In this document: one piece after another, positions 39,790 to 53,335 of the stretch
How the letters are laid out: each line of letters begins with the position of its first letter
Numbering within the stretch: position 1 is the stretch's first letter
Source of the DNA: Eledone cirrhosa
Lineage: Eukaryota
Assembly (NCBI GenBank): GCA_964016885.1
Contig: OZ024743.1
Coordinates: 255,440,001 to 255,504,000, forward strand
Direction: 5' to 3'
Length of the DNA: 64,000 nucleotides
Made by a program: the position numbers and the translations under genes
Notes under the pieces: model-generated
Told to the model about the DNA's origin: nothing
Seen by the model: the letters and a program-made list of their open reading frames with translations, nothing else
Databases searched by the model: none

Positions 39790-39790
<1 letters not shown>
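39690..39790. mobile_element. Inverted/rearranged fragment of the 24305-24495 family
   Basis: 39690-39748 is the reverse complement of ~24437-24485. 39748-39790 is a forward match to ~24365-24415. Confidence 0.6.
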
Positions 39791-39823
<33 letters not shown>

Positions 39824-40334
39824 CACACACACACCGATCTTCATTGTCTTAATCACTGTTTTTACATCCACTTTTTTGTACTAGCAAGGCTTGAATGTAA
39901 AATTTGGGGGCAGAAACCTCTAGCTGGGGCACTTCCACTGACACTAAATGTTACAAAGCCAAGAGGGAAGTCGTCAGAAGGAAAAATGTCCATGTCATTT
40001 CGAAATGCATCATTCTCAATCTACTCTGTTCAAGATGTTTCTAGGGGCTAGGCATGGATATGAAAGCTTATTCTTGATTCCAGTCGAAATAGGGTAATGA
40101 AAGGAATAATGTACCATCAATTTCAGCATTAGTGTAAGGTATGCAAATAAGTTGTGACGAGGTATGATTCATGAGAAAATATATTTGCAAATAATTAAAA
40201 GTCTAAACAGATTCTATTCAAATTAATGATGGAATATGTTATCAGTCCAATCGATCTTTGTAATATACACATTATGGTCAAATGATTAATTATTTCATAA
40301 TCTGATCATGTCAGCAGAAGACAATGTTGGTGAG

Positions 40335-41510
40335 ACTGGTTGGCTGGTTTGTTGGTTGGTTGGTTTATTGGTTGGCATGATTTGTTGGTAGGTTTGTTGG
40401 TTGGCATGATTGGTTGGTAGTTTGTTGGTTGGTTGATTGGTTGGTTGGTGTGATTGGTTGGTTGGTTTGTTGGTTGGCATGATTGGTTGGTAGTTTGTTG
40501 GTTGGCATGATTTGTTGGTAGGTTTGTTGGTTGGCATGATTGGTTGGCTGGTTTGTTGGTTGGTTGATTGGTTGGTTGGTGTGATTGGTTGGTTGGTTTG
40601 TTGGTTGGCATGATTGGTTGGTAGTTTGTTGGTTGGCATGATTGGTTGGCTGGTTTGTTGGTTGAATGGTTGCTTGGTGTGATTGGTTGGTTGGTTTGTT
40701 GGTTGGTTTGTGTGATTGATTGGTTGGTGTGATTGATTGGTTGGTGTGATTGATTGGTTGGTGTGATTGGTTGGTTGGTTGGTTTGTTGGTTGGTTTGTT
40801 GGTTGGTTGGTTGGTGAGATTGGTTGGTTGGTTGGTGAGATTGGTTGGTTGGTGTGATTGGTTGGCTGGTTTGTTGGCTGGTTGATGTGTATTGTTAGCT
40901 GGTTTGCTGGTTGGTTGGTGTGATTGTTTGGTTGGCTGCTTTGCTGGCTGGTTGGTTTGTTGATTGGTTGGTTGGTTGGTTGGTATGATTGGTTGGTTGG
41001 TTGGCTGGTTTGCTGTTTGGTTGGTTTGTTGGTTGGTTGATGTGATTGACTGCTTGGTTTATTGGTTGGTTGGTTTGTTGGTTGGTTTGCTGGTTGATTG
41101 GTTTGTTAGTTGGTTGGTTTGTGTGATTGTTTGGTTGTTTCGCATGTTGGCTCGCTTATTAGTGCGGTTTGTTGATGTGATTGGCTGGTTGGCTGGTTAC
41201 CTGGCTTTTTGGTTGGTTTGTTGGTTGGCTTGTTGGTTGATTGCTCGGTGTGGTTTGTTGGTTGGTGTAGTTGGCTGGCTGGCTGGCATGGCTGGTGGGC
41301 TGATTGGTTGGTTGATTGATGTGGTTGGTAAGTTGATTGGCTGGTTGGCTGTCTGGTGTGGATAGTTGGTGTGTTGGCTAGCTTGCTGGTTGGTTGACCG
41401 TTTAGTTGATTGGTTGATATGGTGGGGTGGGGTGTTGGTGTGCTTGATGTGTTGGGTGGTGTGGTGTAGTTGACGTGGTGGGTGGTGTGGTGACAGTTGA
41501 TTGGTTTTGG
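40335..41510. repeat. Degenerate (GGTT)n satellite with GGCATGATT/GGTGTGATT subunits
   Basis: Extreme G/T strand skew. The left part has a higher-order repeat and the array decays to the right. Confidence 0.9.
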
Positions 41511-42499
41511 TACCATTAGTATGGTTAGTTTTTTTTTTTTTTCTTTATGTTATTGTATATTTTTATTTGCTTGTTTTTTTAATTAATGGGTAATGAATAT
41601 GTAAATTTGTTAGAAAAGATTTAATTTGAAATTATAATTATGTGCAGTGGTGCAACATAAGAACATGATGATGACTAACGGGTGGTGGTGGGTGCTGTGG
41701 GGTGGATTGGTGGAGATGGTGGTTGTGGTAGTGGAGGCAACGGTGGCAGAGGCTGTTGTGGAGGTTGGAGTGGTGGAGATGGTGATAGTGGGAAGGCTGG
41801 GGAAGGGATGATGGTGGGGTTTAGTTGGATTGGTGGGGTGGCAGTGTGATGGTGATGGTGTTAATTCAATGGTTCCACCTTGTCCCATATTTTAGTTATG
41901 TTGATTTAACAAGTTGATTTTGTTTATAGTAAACACATCTGTGGAATATTCAGCCACTTCTTGAATATTTTTTAATAAATCGATAATTCAATTAATTAAA
42001 CAACTGAATACATCATTGAAATTAAGTAATGATCAATTTCCCTTACATGAGATATTACTGGTATGTGGTTAACCGTTTTAACCCCAACCCATCAAAGGCA
42101 GCCTCAAGTTTTATTATATAAATGTTCACATCTGAATTCAAACTTCCCATCATAGTTTTATCTCAGAATATTTTGTGTTATATTCCAAACACTAGCTTTA
42201 GTTCCAAACACTACCAAATTTAGTTCTTCTTCAGCTCCCTGAGAATATCATGGGTGCAGAGTCCTCACACAGGCCTTCGAAATCCCTCAGAAGCAATGAT
42301 CTCCAAATAATCTGGCTGGATTCCCAAGCAAAACCATCTGAGCTTATGAATGTTATCAAACCATTTTTGCATATAACATCTATCTTGCAATTGTTTCCTT
42401 AGACATTCTAACCAAATGTCTGTAGTGCCAGAGCTCTGATCACTTGACTAACCAAATTTAGTTATTTTTCGAAATACCTCCATTATTACTTTCAAACAC

Positions 42500-42820
42500 A
42501 GTGGATTGGCAGAATTGGTAGAGGGTCGGACATGCTTTCCAGCATAGTTATGTCCCTTTACAATCTGAGTTCAAATCCCGCCGAGATTAACTTTGCCTTT
42601 CATCCTTACGAGGTCGATAAAATAAAGTACCAGTAATGTACTGGGTATTTGCTGGCCTTGTGCAAAAGTAGAAACAATTATTATTTTCAAACACAATTGA
42701 AAAATATAGACAGTATATCATAATTGTTTCTACTTTATGCACAAGGCCAGCAAATATCCAGTCCATTACTGGTACTTTATTTTATCGACCCCGTAAGGAT
42801 GAAAGGCAAAGTCAACCTCT
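42500..42820. mobile_element. Two Meta-like SINEs tail-to-tail (42500-42680 plus; 42722-42820 minus, truncated)
   Basis: A-box TGGCAGAATTGG and B-box GAGTTCAAATCCC, followed by a reverse-complement partial copy. Confidence 0.8.
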
Positions 42821-42825
42821 ATAAG

Positions 42826-43997
42826 ATAGATATTACTGTTGTGTGGTTTAACATCACAATACAATATAGATATTACTGTTGTGTGGTTTAACATCGCAAT
42901 AGAATATAGATATTACTGTTGTGTGGTTTAACATCACAATAGAATGTAGATATTACTGTTGTGTGGTTTAACATCACAATACAATATAGATATTACTGTT
43001 GTGTGGTTTAACATCACAATACAATATAGATATTACTGTTGTGTGGTTTAACATCACAATACAATATAGATTTACTGTTGTGTGGTTTAACATCACAATA
43101 GAATATAGATATTACTGTTGTGTGGTTTAACATCACAATAGAATATAGATATTAGTGTTGTGTGGTTTAACATCACAATACAATATAGATTTACTGTTGT
43201 GTGGTTTAACATCACAATACAATATAGATATTACTGTTGTGTGATTTAGCATCACAATAGAATATAGATATTAGTGTTCTGTGGTTTAACATCACAATAC
43301 AACATAGATATTACTGTTGTGTGGTTTAACATCACAATACAATATAGATATTACTATTGTGTGGTTTAACAACACAATAGAATATAGATTTACTGTTGTG
43401 TGGTTTAACATCACAATACAATATAGATATTACTGTTGTGTGGTTTAACATCACAATACAATATAGATATTACTGTTGTGTGGTTTAACATCACAATAGA
43501 ATATAGATTTACTGTTGTGTGGTTTAACATCACAATAGAATATAGATATTACTGTTATGTGGTTTAACATCACGATAGAATATAGATATTAGTGTTGTGT
43601 GGTTTAACATCACAATACAATATAGATATTACTGTTGTGTGGTTTAACATCACAATACAATATAGATATTACTGTTGTGTGGTTTAACATCACAATAGAA
43701 TATAGATTTACTGTTGTGTGGTTTAACATCACAATAGAATATAGATATTACTGTTATGTGGTTTAACATCACAATAGAATATAGATATTAGTGTTGTGTG
43801 GTTTAACATCACAATACAATATAGATATTACTGTTGTGTGATTTAACATCACAATAGAATATAGATATTAGTGTTCTGTGGTTTAACATCACAATAGAAT
43901 ATAGATATTACTGTTATGTGGTTTAACATCACAATAGAATATAGATATTACTGTTGTGTGGTTTAACATCACAATACTATATAGATATTACTGTTGT
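42826..43997. repeat. 40-bp minisatellite, ~29 copies
   Basis: Unit ATAGATATTACTGTTGTGTGGTTTAACATCACAATA(C/G)AAT, head-to-tail with no spacers. Confidence 0.95.
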
Positions 43998-44280
43998 CAT
44001 CATCATCATCATCGTTTAACGTCCATATTCCATGCTTGCATGGGTTTGGACGGAAGTTTTCCCAATTGAGGCAAGAGGGGTTGTCTTGCTTGCATAGGAC
44101 TGTCTGGCGGGTTTTCTACGGCTGGATGCCCTTCCTAACACCAACCACATTTACAGTGTGGAACTAGGAGGTTTTTACCGTGTTACCTACATGGCCACAT
44201 TACAGCTTGGACTGTGTTTTTTTGTCGTGACACCTACACGACCTCATTTGTTTCGGGCTGGATGTTGTGACACCAACATA
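43998..44280 (-). mobile_element. RTE 3' UTR fragment
   Basis: (CAT)n-CGTTTAACGTCC... matches 55283-55570. Confidence 0.85.
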
Positions 44281-44701
44281 GAACATAATAGAACATGGAT
44301 ATTAGTGTTGAATAGTTTAACATCACAATATATGAGAGTTATTAAGTATTGTGTGGTTTAAAATTACAACACAGGTGACGTTAATGTTGTGCTGCTTAAC
44401 TCTTACCATCCTGTAATTATTTAGCACAAAATATCTGAAACTATGTTTGGTAATTCAAACGTATATAATATGTTTTTAGTGTTGCGAAAGTTTGCAATAT
44501 TAATATAAAGACTTTAATTTTAGTTTGATGTCATCACATTAAAGTCTTCATGGGCCATTTCTTTACTTTTAAAAATATCTTGCTAAGGTGGTTCCAAATG
44601 GTACAGGCGTTAAGAGTTAATATCTGAATACAATAGAAATATTAGTTCCACTGTAAGGAAACCGTGTAATATGTGACACAAATACCAGTAAATTCTTGCC
44701 T

Positions 44702-45085
44702 TCATCATCATCATCATCATCATCATCATCGTTTAACGTCCATGTTCCATGCTTGCATGGGTTTGGACGGGAGTTTTCCCACTTGAGGCAAGAGTGGTTG
44801 TCTTGCTCGCATAGGACTGTCTGGCGGGTTTTCTACAGTTGGATGCCCTTCGTAACACCAACCACATTTACAGTGTGGGGCTGGGAGGTTTTTACCGTGT
44901 TGCCTACACGGCCACATTACAGCGTGGACTGTCTGGCGGGTTTTCTACAGCTGGATGCCCTTCCTAACACCAACCACATTTACAGTGTGGTGCTGGGAGG
45001 TTTTTACCGTGTTGCCTACACGGCCACATTTACAGCGTGGACTGTGTGTTTTTTTGTCGTGACACCTACACGATCTCATTTGCTT
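44702..45085 (-). mobile_element. RTE 3' UTR fragment with internal ~110-bp duplication
   Basis: Same family. GGACTGTCTGGCGGGTTTT...TACAGCGT occurs twice. Confidence 0.85.
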
Positions 45086-46775
45086 GAAAAGCACAATGTA
45101 TTATGAGATATAACCTCAGTTAAGAATTTTATTCTGGTTTGAAATGTTCTTCAACTTTCAGATTTAAGATCTTCCGTGTAAAGACTATGTGTCCAGAAGA
45201 GAGACAGACAGGAAGATTTAGAAAAGATGAGAGTGGTGCCAGAGAAGCTGGGAGATAAAAGTAGAGAAAGAAAGAAAGATAAAATGATAGATTGAGAGAG
45301 AGAGAGTGAGAGAGAGAGAGAGACTATAGTTTTGTTTTATCAATCAGATGGTTGACTTCAGTTTTATAATGTTAGAATACTAGAAAAAGAGTGCAGTTGT
45401 CAAGGCCTAGCAACTTTGATAATGGTTCTTTGTCACCAAACGAACTGCCATGAATTTAATGGCTATTCTCAGATCATGACCAAGCAGCATGGAATAGCAG
45501 CAGGTATTACCTCCTCCACCCTGCACACACACACATTCCCATTCACTGCTGCAAACCTTCACATCAAACATACACTATCAGAGAAAGAATTAACAAGTCT
45601 GATAACAATGATAATGAATAAATTAACTGGAACACATTTATAACGGTTTTATGGGCCTTTGATGTGAGTTTGATTTCATTTGGAGAAAAGCTGCGTGGAA
45701 GAAAGTGTATCAATATTTACGACAATTACAAGATAATGTTCCATCTTAGGAGCTAAATAGATCCTAACATACACTCTGTGAGAAACCAACTAGATTATAA
45801 TATCATAATATACAATTATCTAGCTATAATAATCTATAATAGTTTTTGGAGAGCAAGCAGATTAGAGTAGACTGAAGTGTAAGTAGAACTTAGAATGCCA
45901 CATAGTTTTAGATATGGTTATAAAGTATATAGAGTACTATAGGAAATATGTAATATGAAAATGATATCCATATCACCCACCTTACCAGTAATTGAAGCAG
46001 GTTGGTTGTTGTTTTAACAAGATGGCTGGGGTGTAATTTTGAAAGACATGTTTGAATTTAATTTATGTCTTGTGTGGTATGATTTTATGGGTAGAGACAA
46101 TTTTATGATTATGATTTGTATTTACATGAATTTGTGGATGGCATGAGTTTGGTTTAGATTTGTTTATATTTTAGTTAAGTCATATACGATCATAGTTATA
46201 TGTCTGTTTTACCCATTGTGATTGAGGCTATGCTGGGATACTGTTTTTATTACATATAACTAGAGTATAAATCTTATATCATCATATATCTATTTTCCCT
46301 TGCTGGATTGAACAGGTTGCCCCATTCTGCAAATATAACATGTTGACCATATATTCTACATTTTCTATAGTTTCTACTGCTGGGTGGCCATCCCAATACC
46401 AACTACTGTATAAAATGTATGGGGTGCATTTTATTGTGACACCAGCACTAAAACTACGGAAAGTGTAATGAGTGTATGTGTATGTGTGTGTGTGTGAGTG
46501 GCATGTGTGTGTTTGTATGCATGAGTGTTGGTGTGTGAGTGGCATGTGTGTTTGTATGCATGAGTGTTGGTGTGTGAGTGAGTGTGTGTGCTGTCAGTGT
46601 CAATAAGTGGTGTTTTTTTTATTTTTTATTACGACCATGCTGTAAAATGAAGGGGTAGAGAGGGCCCATGAGTCCAGTAAGACATCCTCTCTAGTGCTGG
46701 TGGCACAAATAAAAGCACCCAGTCCATGCTGTAAAGTAGCACTGGTGTTAGGAAGGGCATCCAACCAGTGTATCA

Positions 46776-49700
46776 ATGCAACAAGTATATAGAAACAACA
46801 AAAATATGAAGACGTCGCATCTCAGAGTTGCAACACTTAATGTTGGCACTCTCTCAGGTAGATCTGCTGAAATAGCAGAGATGTTGGAGAGAAGGCATGT
46901 GGATGTGTGCTGCATGCAAGAGGTGAGATGGAGAGGTGCCTCTGCGAGACTAATCACAGTCAAACATCTTAGCTATAAGCTTTTCTGGGTAGGTAAGGAT
47001 GATGGGTTAGGGGGAGTAGGCATTTTCCTGGCTGAGAGATGGATCAATAAGACAATAGAGGTAGTTCAAGTTAGTAATCAAATAATTAATCTTAGATTAG
47101 TTTTAGGCAGGAGACTACTGACAATCGTCTCTGTCTATGCTCCCCAAGCAGGACTAGGCAAAGAAGAGAAAGACTGCTTTTACGAGCAACTTTTACAAAC
47201 AACCACAATGACAGAGGACGGAGACATCGTTATGCTAGCAGGTGACTTCAATGGTCATGTTGGACAGCTCCAGGATGGTTACACTGGGGAACATGGTGCG
47301 CACGGTTACGGCTCAAGAAATGAAGATGGAGTGAGACTTCTTGAATTTTGTGATGCAAGTACACTGACTATTTGCAACACTAACTTCCAGAAACCTGCCA
47401 ACCACCTAATAAAACCTACAAATCAGGCGAGCACATAATCCAGATTGACTTCTTACTAGTTAGGCAGCAGGACAGGCCGATGGTGTCAAATACCAAGGCA
47501 TACCCTGGGGAAGAATGTACCCCACAGCATAGGTTAGTCGTTAGTGATATCTCAATAAGCCAATAAGCAAGAGATGGAATCAGACATACAGGAAGGAGTG
47601 GAGAAGAAAGGTCTGGAAACTAAAAGACCTTTCACTAAAATACAAATTTAGGAAAGCCCTTCAAGATGTGTATGATGAAAAAGAAGATGATTTAGAGACG
47701 TATGACATAGATAATAACTGGAATTTCTTACGCGACAACTTACTGAAGGCTACTGATGAAACTTATGGCTGGAGCATAACTCCAACCAGACAGAGAGTGA
47801 CCTGGTGGTGGAACATCACAGTAGATAAATCCATTAGAGACAAAAGACTAGCATGGAAGGCTTGGAAAAAGGGTGGGAGTAGAGAAGGATATACAGCCGC
47901 TAAGAGAGAAGCTAGACGTCAGGTGTACTTAGCACGTAGGGAGGCTGAGAGTAGGAGGTTTGCCAATGTTCTGCGATGGGAAGATCAGAGGCGTGCGGTG
48001 TTCCACATTGCAAGGCAGTGTGTCAAAGCAAATCAGGATGTTGTTGGAGATAAATGTGTCCGGAATGATGCCGGTGTACTTAGTGTCATGAATGATCAGA
48101 AAAAGGAGGCCTGGAAATGTCATTATGAGAGACTGATGAATGTGGAGAACGAATGGGAGAGAGAGAAATTACCCTCAGTAGATCTGACAGAGGGACCAGC
48201 TATTGAGATTGAGGAATATAGGGTCCAAGAGGCGATTAAGGAAATGAAAAATGGTAAGGCTGCTGGACTATCGAGAATAGTTGCTGAGATGCTGAAGGCA
48301 TCAGGGGACGTAGGCACTAAACTGGATGCACGCATCATCAATCAGGCTATATATGGTGGTGTCATACCCAAAGACTGGTGCAGCAGTATTCTCATAAATT
48401 GCTACAAAGGTAAAGGGGATGTTATGGAGAGGAGCAATTATAGGGGCATAAAACTGATGGATCAGGTTATGAAAGTGGCAGAAAGGATATTAGCACAACT
48501 AATTCCGTCAAACCCATGCTAGCGTAGAAAATGGACGTTAAACGTTGATGATGATGATGATGATGAATTAGAGAAAGGGTCAAACTAGATGAGATGCAGT
48601 TTGGTTTTGTGCCTGAGAAAAGTACAACAAATCCCCTCTTCTTGGTGAGACAATTACAAGAGAGGTTCTTAGAGAAGAATAAGCCACTATAAATAGCCTT
48701 TGCTGACCTAGAGAAGGCCTTTGATAGGGTACCCTGATCTGTCATCTGGTGGTCCCTAAGGAGACTAGGTGTTGAGGAATGGCTTGTGAGGACAGTGCAA
48801 ACTTTGTACAGAGGTGCTGTCAGTAAAGTCAGAGTAGGAATGGAGTTTAGTGAGGAATTCCAGATACAAGTGGGAGTACATCAAGGTTCGGTTCTCAGCC
48901 CGTTCTTGTTCATTATAGTCCTCCAAGCCATAATAGAGGAGTTTAAGACTGGCTTTCCATTGGAAATTCTCTATGCCGACGATCTGGTTCTTATAGCAGA
49001 ATCAGTAGAGGAGCTAGAGAATAAATTCTGGCTATGGAAACAGCAGTTGGAAGCAAGAGGACTGAGAGTGAACATAGCTAAGACAAAAGTGTTGATGAGT
49101 AGAAAAGAGGACAAAACTCTGATTCCATCAGGGAAATGGCCATGTTCTATATGCAGAAAAGGAACTGGCATAAATTCTATAAAATGCACACAATGCAGAT
49201 CCTGGGTACACAAGAGATGTAGCGGGATACCAGGCAAACTAACAGGTAGGGAGAAATACGCATGCAGTAGATGTACAGGGAAATTAAACAGTGGAAGTCG
49301 CATTGATAGACACATTTTTCAAATGCAGGCAGGTGCTATAGAAGTGGTGGATAGCTTCCGATACCTAGGAGATCAGATTAGCATGGGAGGAGGGTGTTCC
49401 AAGGCCATAGTATCTAGAATAAGGACGGGTCAGAAGAAGTTTAGGGAGCTGCTGCCTCTGCTGATGAAGAAGGGTTTCTCCCTGCGTACGAAAAGCTGGT
49501 TATATGATGCCAGTGTGAGGAGCCCGATGCTGCATGGTAGTGAGAAATGGGCAGCAACTGCAGAGGATATGCGACGGCTGGAGAGAAATGAGGCAAGCAT
49601 GCTCCGTTGGATGTGCAATGTCAATGTGTGTGAACGACCCAGCATGAATGTGTTGAGAGAGAAACTGTGTCTAAGAGGGATAGAATGTAGTGTGCGGGAG

Positions 49701-49880
49701 AGGAGACTGAGGTGGTATGGACATGTGATGCGCATGGAGGATGACCGATGGGTGAAGAAGTGCCAGGAAATGCCAGTTGAATGAAGACATGGTAGAGGTA
49801 GACCCCGAAAAACATGGGCGGAGGTGGTGAGAGCAGACCTCATATCGCTGAAACTCACGGAGGAGATCACGAAGGATCAT
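46776..49880 (+). pseudogene. RTE ORF: AP endonuclease - reverse transcriptase (frameshifts, stops, nested insertion)
   Basis: LRVATLNVGTL, CMQEVRW, SVYAPQ, AGDFNGHVG; [38 protein letters not shown]. Confidence 0.92.
48505..48565 (+). mobile_element. 61-bp RTE 3'-tail insertion nested in the RTE ORF, AATT target-site duplication
   Basis: AATT|CCGTCAAACCCATGCTAGCG...GACGTTAAACG(TTG)(ATG)n|AATT. Removing it restores QLIRERV. Confidence 0.85.
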
Positions 49881-49983
49881 GACAAGTAGAGAGATGCTGT
49901 GCTGAATAGGACCCGTCCCACCCTTGCAAGCAGTGAAAAGCGGACGTAAAATGATGATGATGATGATGATGATGATGATTATG

Positions 49984-50063
<80 letters not shown>

Positions 50064-50109
50064 AATTCCCAATTTATGTTGGGGGTAACCACAGTTAAAA
50101 AAGGTACTA

Positions 50110-50260
50110 AATATATCGTTAGAGTATAGGCATCTTTATCATATATAGAAATGTCTTCTCCATGACCAAAACTGTTTCATTCATATGAAATCTTTAGGAT
50201 GATTTCATATGAATGAAACTGTTCTAGTCCTGTAGAAGATATTTCTATATATAATAAAGA
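50110..50260. mobile_element. Short fold-back element with truncated hammerhead (family fragment also at ~36345-36395)
   Basis: Inverted arms around loop 50193-50200. The plus arm reads GATGA-TTTCATATGAAT-GAAAC-TGTTCTA-GTC-CTGTAG. Confidence 0.6.
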
Positions 50261-50361
50261 TATATATATGTTGGTATATATATATATATATATATAAACA
50301 AACATACATATTTATATATATAATATATAAGATCAAAAGATGGTTAAAGGATTTCCATGTA

Positions 50362-50428
50362 TTTTATTATGCACATTTCAAAAACAAACATCATCATGCA
50401 ATAATATTTGTGTTTTCATCAGATAAAA
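50362..50428 (-). ncRNA. Type I hammerhead ribozyme (inverted-arm copy)
   Basis: Reverse complement of 52446-52512 with stem III ATGTGCAT. Confidence 0.75.
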
Positions 50429-50992
50429 CAGGAGAACATGATATGAAGGCTAAAAAACACTTGTGGATAGTGCAGTTTTAAATCAACATCTGAAAAGTAG
50501 TTTTAGATTGATGTGTGATATTGGGAAAAATATTTTATTTAGAGGGGGGGGGTGGAAAGGATGAAAAAAGGGGAGGAGATGAGAGTGAAGGTGGAGAGGG
50601 AGAGATGGGTGATAGAGAGAAAGAGATAGTTTTTATAACTGAGAGAAGATATATTGTTTTACATAGAGAGGTTGAAAACCGTTGGAAGATAATGTATAAA
50701 TTAAAAGAATTTGAAAATTAACGAAGGGAAAAATATGTACGAGGAAAGAGAGGGAGTTGATATGTATTGAGATTAAAAATTGAGATTAAAAAGTTTGAAG
50801 ATAGAGAGAAAAAATAATAATTGCGGATGAATATTCTAACGTCAAAAAGGTGTATGTTTATAAGTATTATGGCAATTTCAAAATTAATGAAGAGAAAAAA
50901 TTATTAAGGTTTGCGTGTTGCAGGATTTGAGAAAAATAATGTGAAGTTAAAGTTTGTATATTGAAGGAATTGATAATATGTGCGAAGAAAGA

Positions 50993-51252
50993 AACTTAAA
51001 AGAACCAACACGGCTCTCTCAGAACTCATATGGTCCTTGAAACACAAAAACATTAAATATACCATCTTTTGGAAGAAGGTTTCTTCTGCGTCCTCATACT
51101 TGAACAGCTCTCTATCTAAAATCTGTAATCTCTGCCTAAATGAAAAATTTACCATTATCTTTAATCTAGATTATATAATAAATAGACGTACTGATTTGTT
51201 TTCTATCTGCCTGCATAAATTCCATAGGACTTTTCACAAAGTATACAGCTAA
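50993..51252 (+). pseudogene. Penelope GIY-YIG endonuclease C-terminal remnant
   Basis: TALSELIWSLK...IFWKKV..ASSY...CNLCLNEKFTII...INRRTDLFSICLH. Confidence 0.8.
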
Positions 51253-52445
51253 TATTCAATTCTTTATCAATTTATAATCTTTTCTCAAAGGCACATATAC
51301 ACACACCTCTTTAAATTATACCCATCTTCCTACCTTACTTCAAAGGGCATTATACACTCTATAATACTTGTTTACTCATTACCCTCATTCTATCTTCACC
51401 TTGTAAAATCCTTCATAACATATACATTTGTTTTTTTGACGTTAGAATATTCATCCGCAATTATTATTTTTTTCTCTCCATCATCAAACTTTTTAATCTC
51501 TCCTTCTTTTGACGCTAGAATATTCATTCTTAATACATATTAACTCTTTCTTCGCACATATTATCAATTCCTTCAATATACAAACCTTAACTTCACATTA
51601 TTTTTCTCAAATCATCTAATACACAAACCTTAATATTTTTTTTAATACATATTAACTCTTTCTTCGCACATATTATCAATTCCTTCAATATACAAACTTT
51701 AACTTCACATTATTATTCTCAAATCCTTCAACACGCAAACCTTAGTAATTTTTTCTCTTCATTAATTTTGAAATTGCCATAATACTTATGAACATACACC
51801 TTTTTGACGTTAGAATACTCATCCGCAATTATTATTTTTTCTCTCTATCTTCAAACTTTTTAATCTCAATTTTTAATCTCAATACATATCAACTCCCTTT
51901 CTTTCCTCGTACATTTTTTTCCCTTCGTTAATTTTCAAATTCTTTTAATTTATACATTATCTTCCAACGGTTCTCAACCTCTCTATGTAAAACAATATAT
52001 CTTTTCTCAGTTATAAAAATTATCTCTTTCTCTCTATCACCCATCTCTCCCTCTCCACCTTCACTCTCATCTCCTCCCCTTTTTTCATCCTTTCCACCCC
52101 CCCCCTCTCTAAATAAAATTTTTTTTTTCCTCGTACATATTTTTCCCTTCGTTAATTTTCAAATTCTTTTAATTTATACATTATCTTCCAACGGTTTTCA
52201 ACCTCTCTATGTAAAACAATATATCTTCTCTCAGTTATAAAAACTATCTCTTTCTCTCTATCACCCATCTCTCCCTCTCCACCTTCACTCTCATCTCCTC
52301 CCCTTTTTTCATCCTTTCCACCCCCCCCCCTCTAAATAAAATATTTTTCCCAATATCACACATCAATCTAAAACTACTTTTCATATGTTGATTTAAAACT
52401 GCACTATCCACAAGTGTTTTTTAGCCTTCATATCATGTTCTCCTG

Positions 52446-52512
52446 TTTTATCTGATGAAAACACAAATATTATTGCATGATGATGTTTGTTTTTGAAATG
52501 CGCATAATAAAA
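52446..52512 (+). ncRNA. Type I hammerhead ribozyme, intact
   Basis: TTTTAT-CTGATGA-AAAC-ACAAATATTAT..ATGATGTTTGT-TTTT-GAAA-TGCGCA-TA-ATAAAA. Stem I is 6 bp, stem II is at least 11 bp, stem III ATGCGCAT is palindromic, and the triplet is AUA. Confidence 0.85.
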
Positions 52513-52640
52513 TACATGGAACTCCTTTAACCATCTTTTGATCTTATATATTATGTATACTCCAGTCCTACAAACTGTAGAGTGCTTCTTATCCGATATC
52601 TGCATTGCTTTATTGTACTACAATAAAACTCACCTCCTGC

Positions 52641-52671
<31 letters not shown>

Positions 52672-53225
52672 TTTATATTTGCATATAAATATGTGTATAT
52701 ATATATATGCCTTCATGAGTTTTATATCAAATAGTGATAATATTATCAATATTTGATCCAATTCGAAGCAAACAGCTTCATAATGTGTGTTTTAGACGAC
52801 TATCGTCATCCTTTCGTTCTAGCGTTAGCATAGAGAAACAATCGACAATCGTTTCAGGGTTATTGTCACTTGTCAAAGTTATGTATCTCTCCCTTTCCTT
52901 TTCTGCTACTCACCAGAACTCTTGAGAATATATAGTATTCTTTAAAGTATACATCGGCTGATTAGCCTAATTTGCATATTACTAGAAACCAAACCAGAAA
53001 CAATTCTGTATGAGTTAGTCATGGTCACCTGACCCAATGAGATGGATCTAGGATATCAAAACTAGAAATAGGTAGTAACATAACCACTTCATATAAGTCA
53101 ATATATCAATTTTCCATGATCAATCAACTCTCTGAATTGATCATAAAACAATAAGCTAATTGAGAACCTATCTGCAGCATTTGTTTTATTTTCATTGTTC
53201 ATTACAAACACACACATGTATATAT

Positions 53226-53294
<69 letters not shown>

Positions 53295-53335
53295 TAGGAA
53301 TAACCAAAGAGTACTTAGAAATACATTGTTTTATT

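Larger units (their letters stand above)
46650..49978 (+). mobile_element. Near-full-length RTE-clade LINE (APE endonuclease + RT), inactivated
   Basis: 5' UTR motif GTTAGGAAGGGCATCC, APE and RT ORF pieces, 3' tail AAAAGCGGACGTAAA(ATG)n. Confidence 0.92.
50320..52554 (+). mobile_element. Severely 5'-truncated Penelope-like element with inverted 3' arm (50320-50992 vs ~51657-52554)
   Basis: Arms are reverse complements. The right arm has internal tandem duplications, and a GIY-YIG C-terminal remnant lies between the arms. Confidence 0.85.

Noticed and set aside
40295-41516. PTN/QPT-repeat ORFs; possible telomeric repeat
   Set aside because: The ORFs are translations of a (GGTT)n satellite. 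The unit is not TTAGGG or TTAGG.
42826-43997. CRISPR-like array of ~40-bp partly palindromic repeats
   Set aside because: Units are head-to-tail with no unique spacers, there are no cas genes, and the context is eukaryotic. It is a minisatellite.
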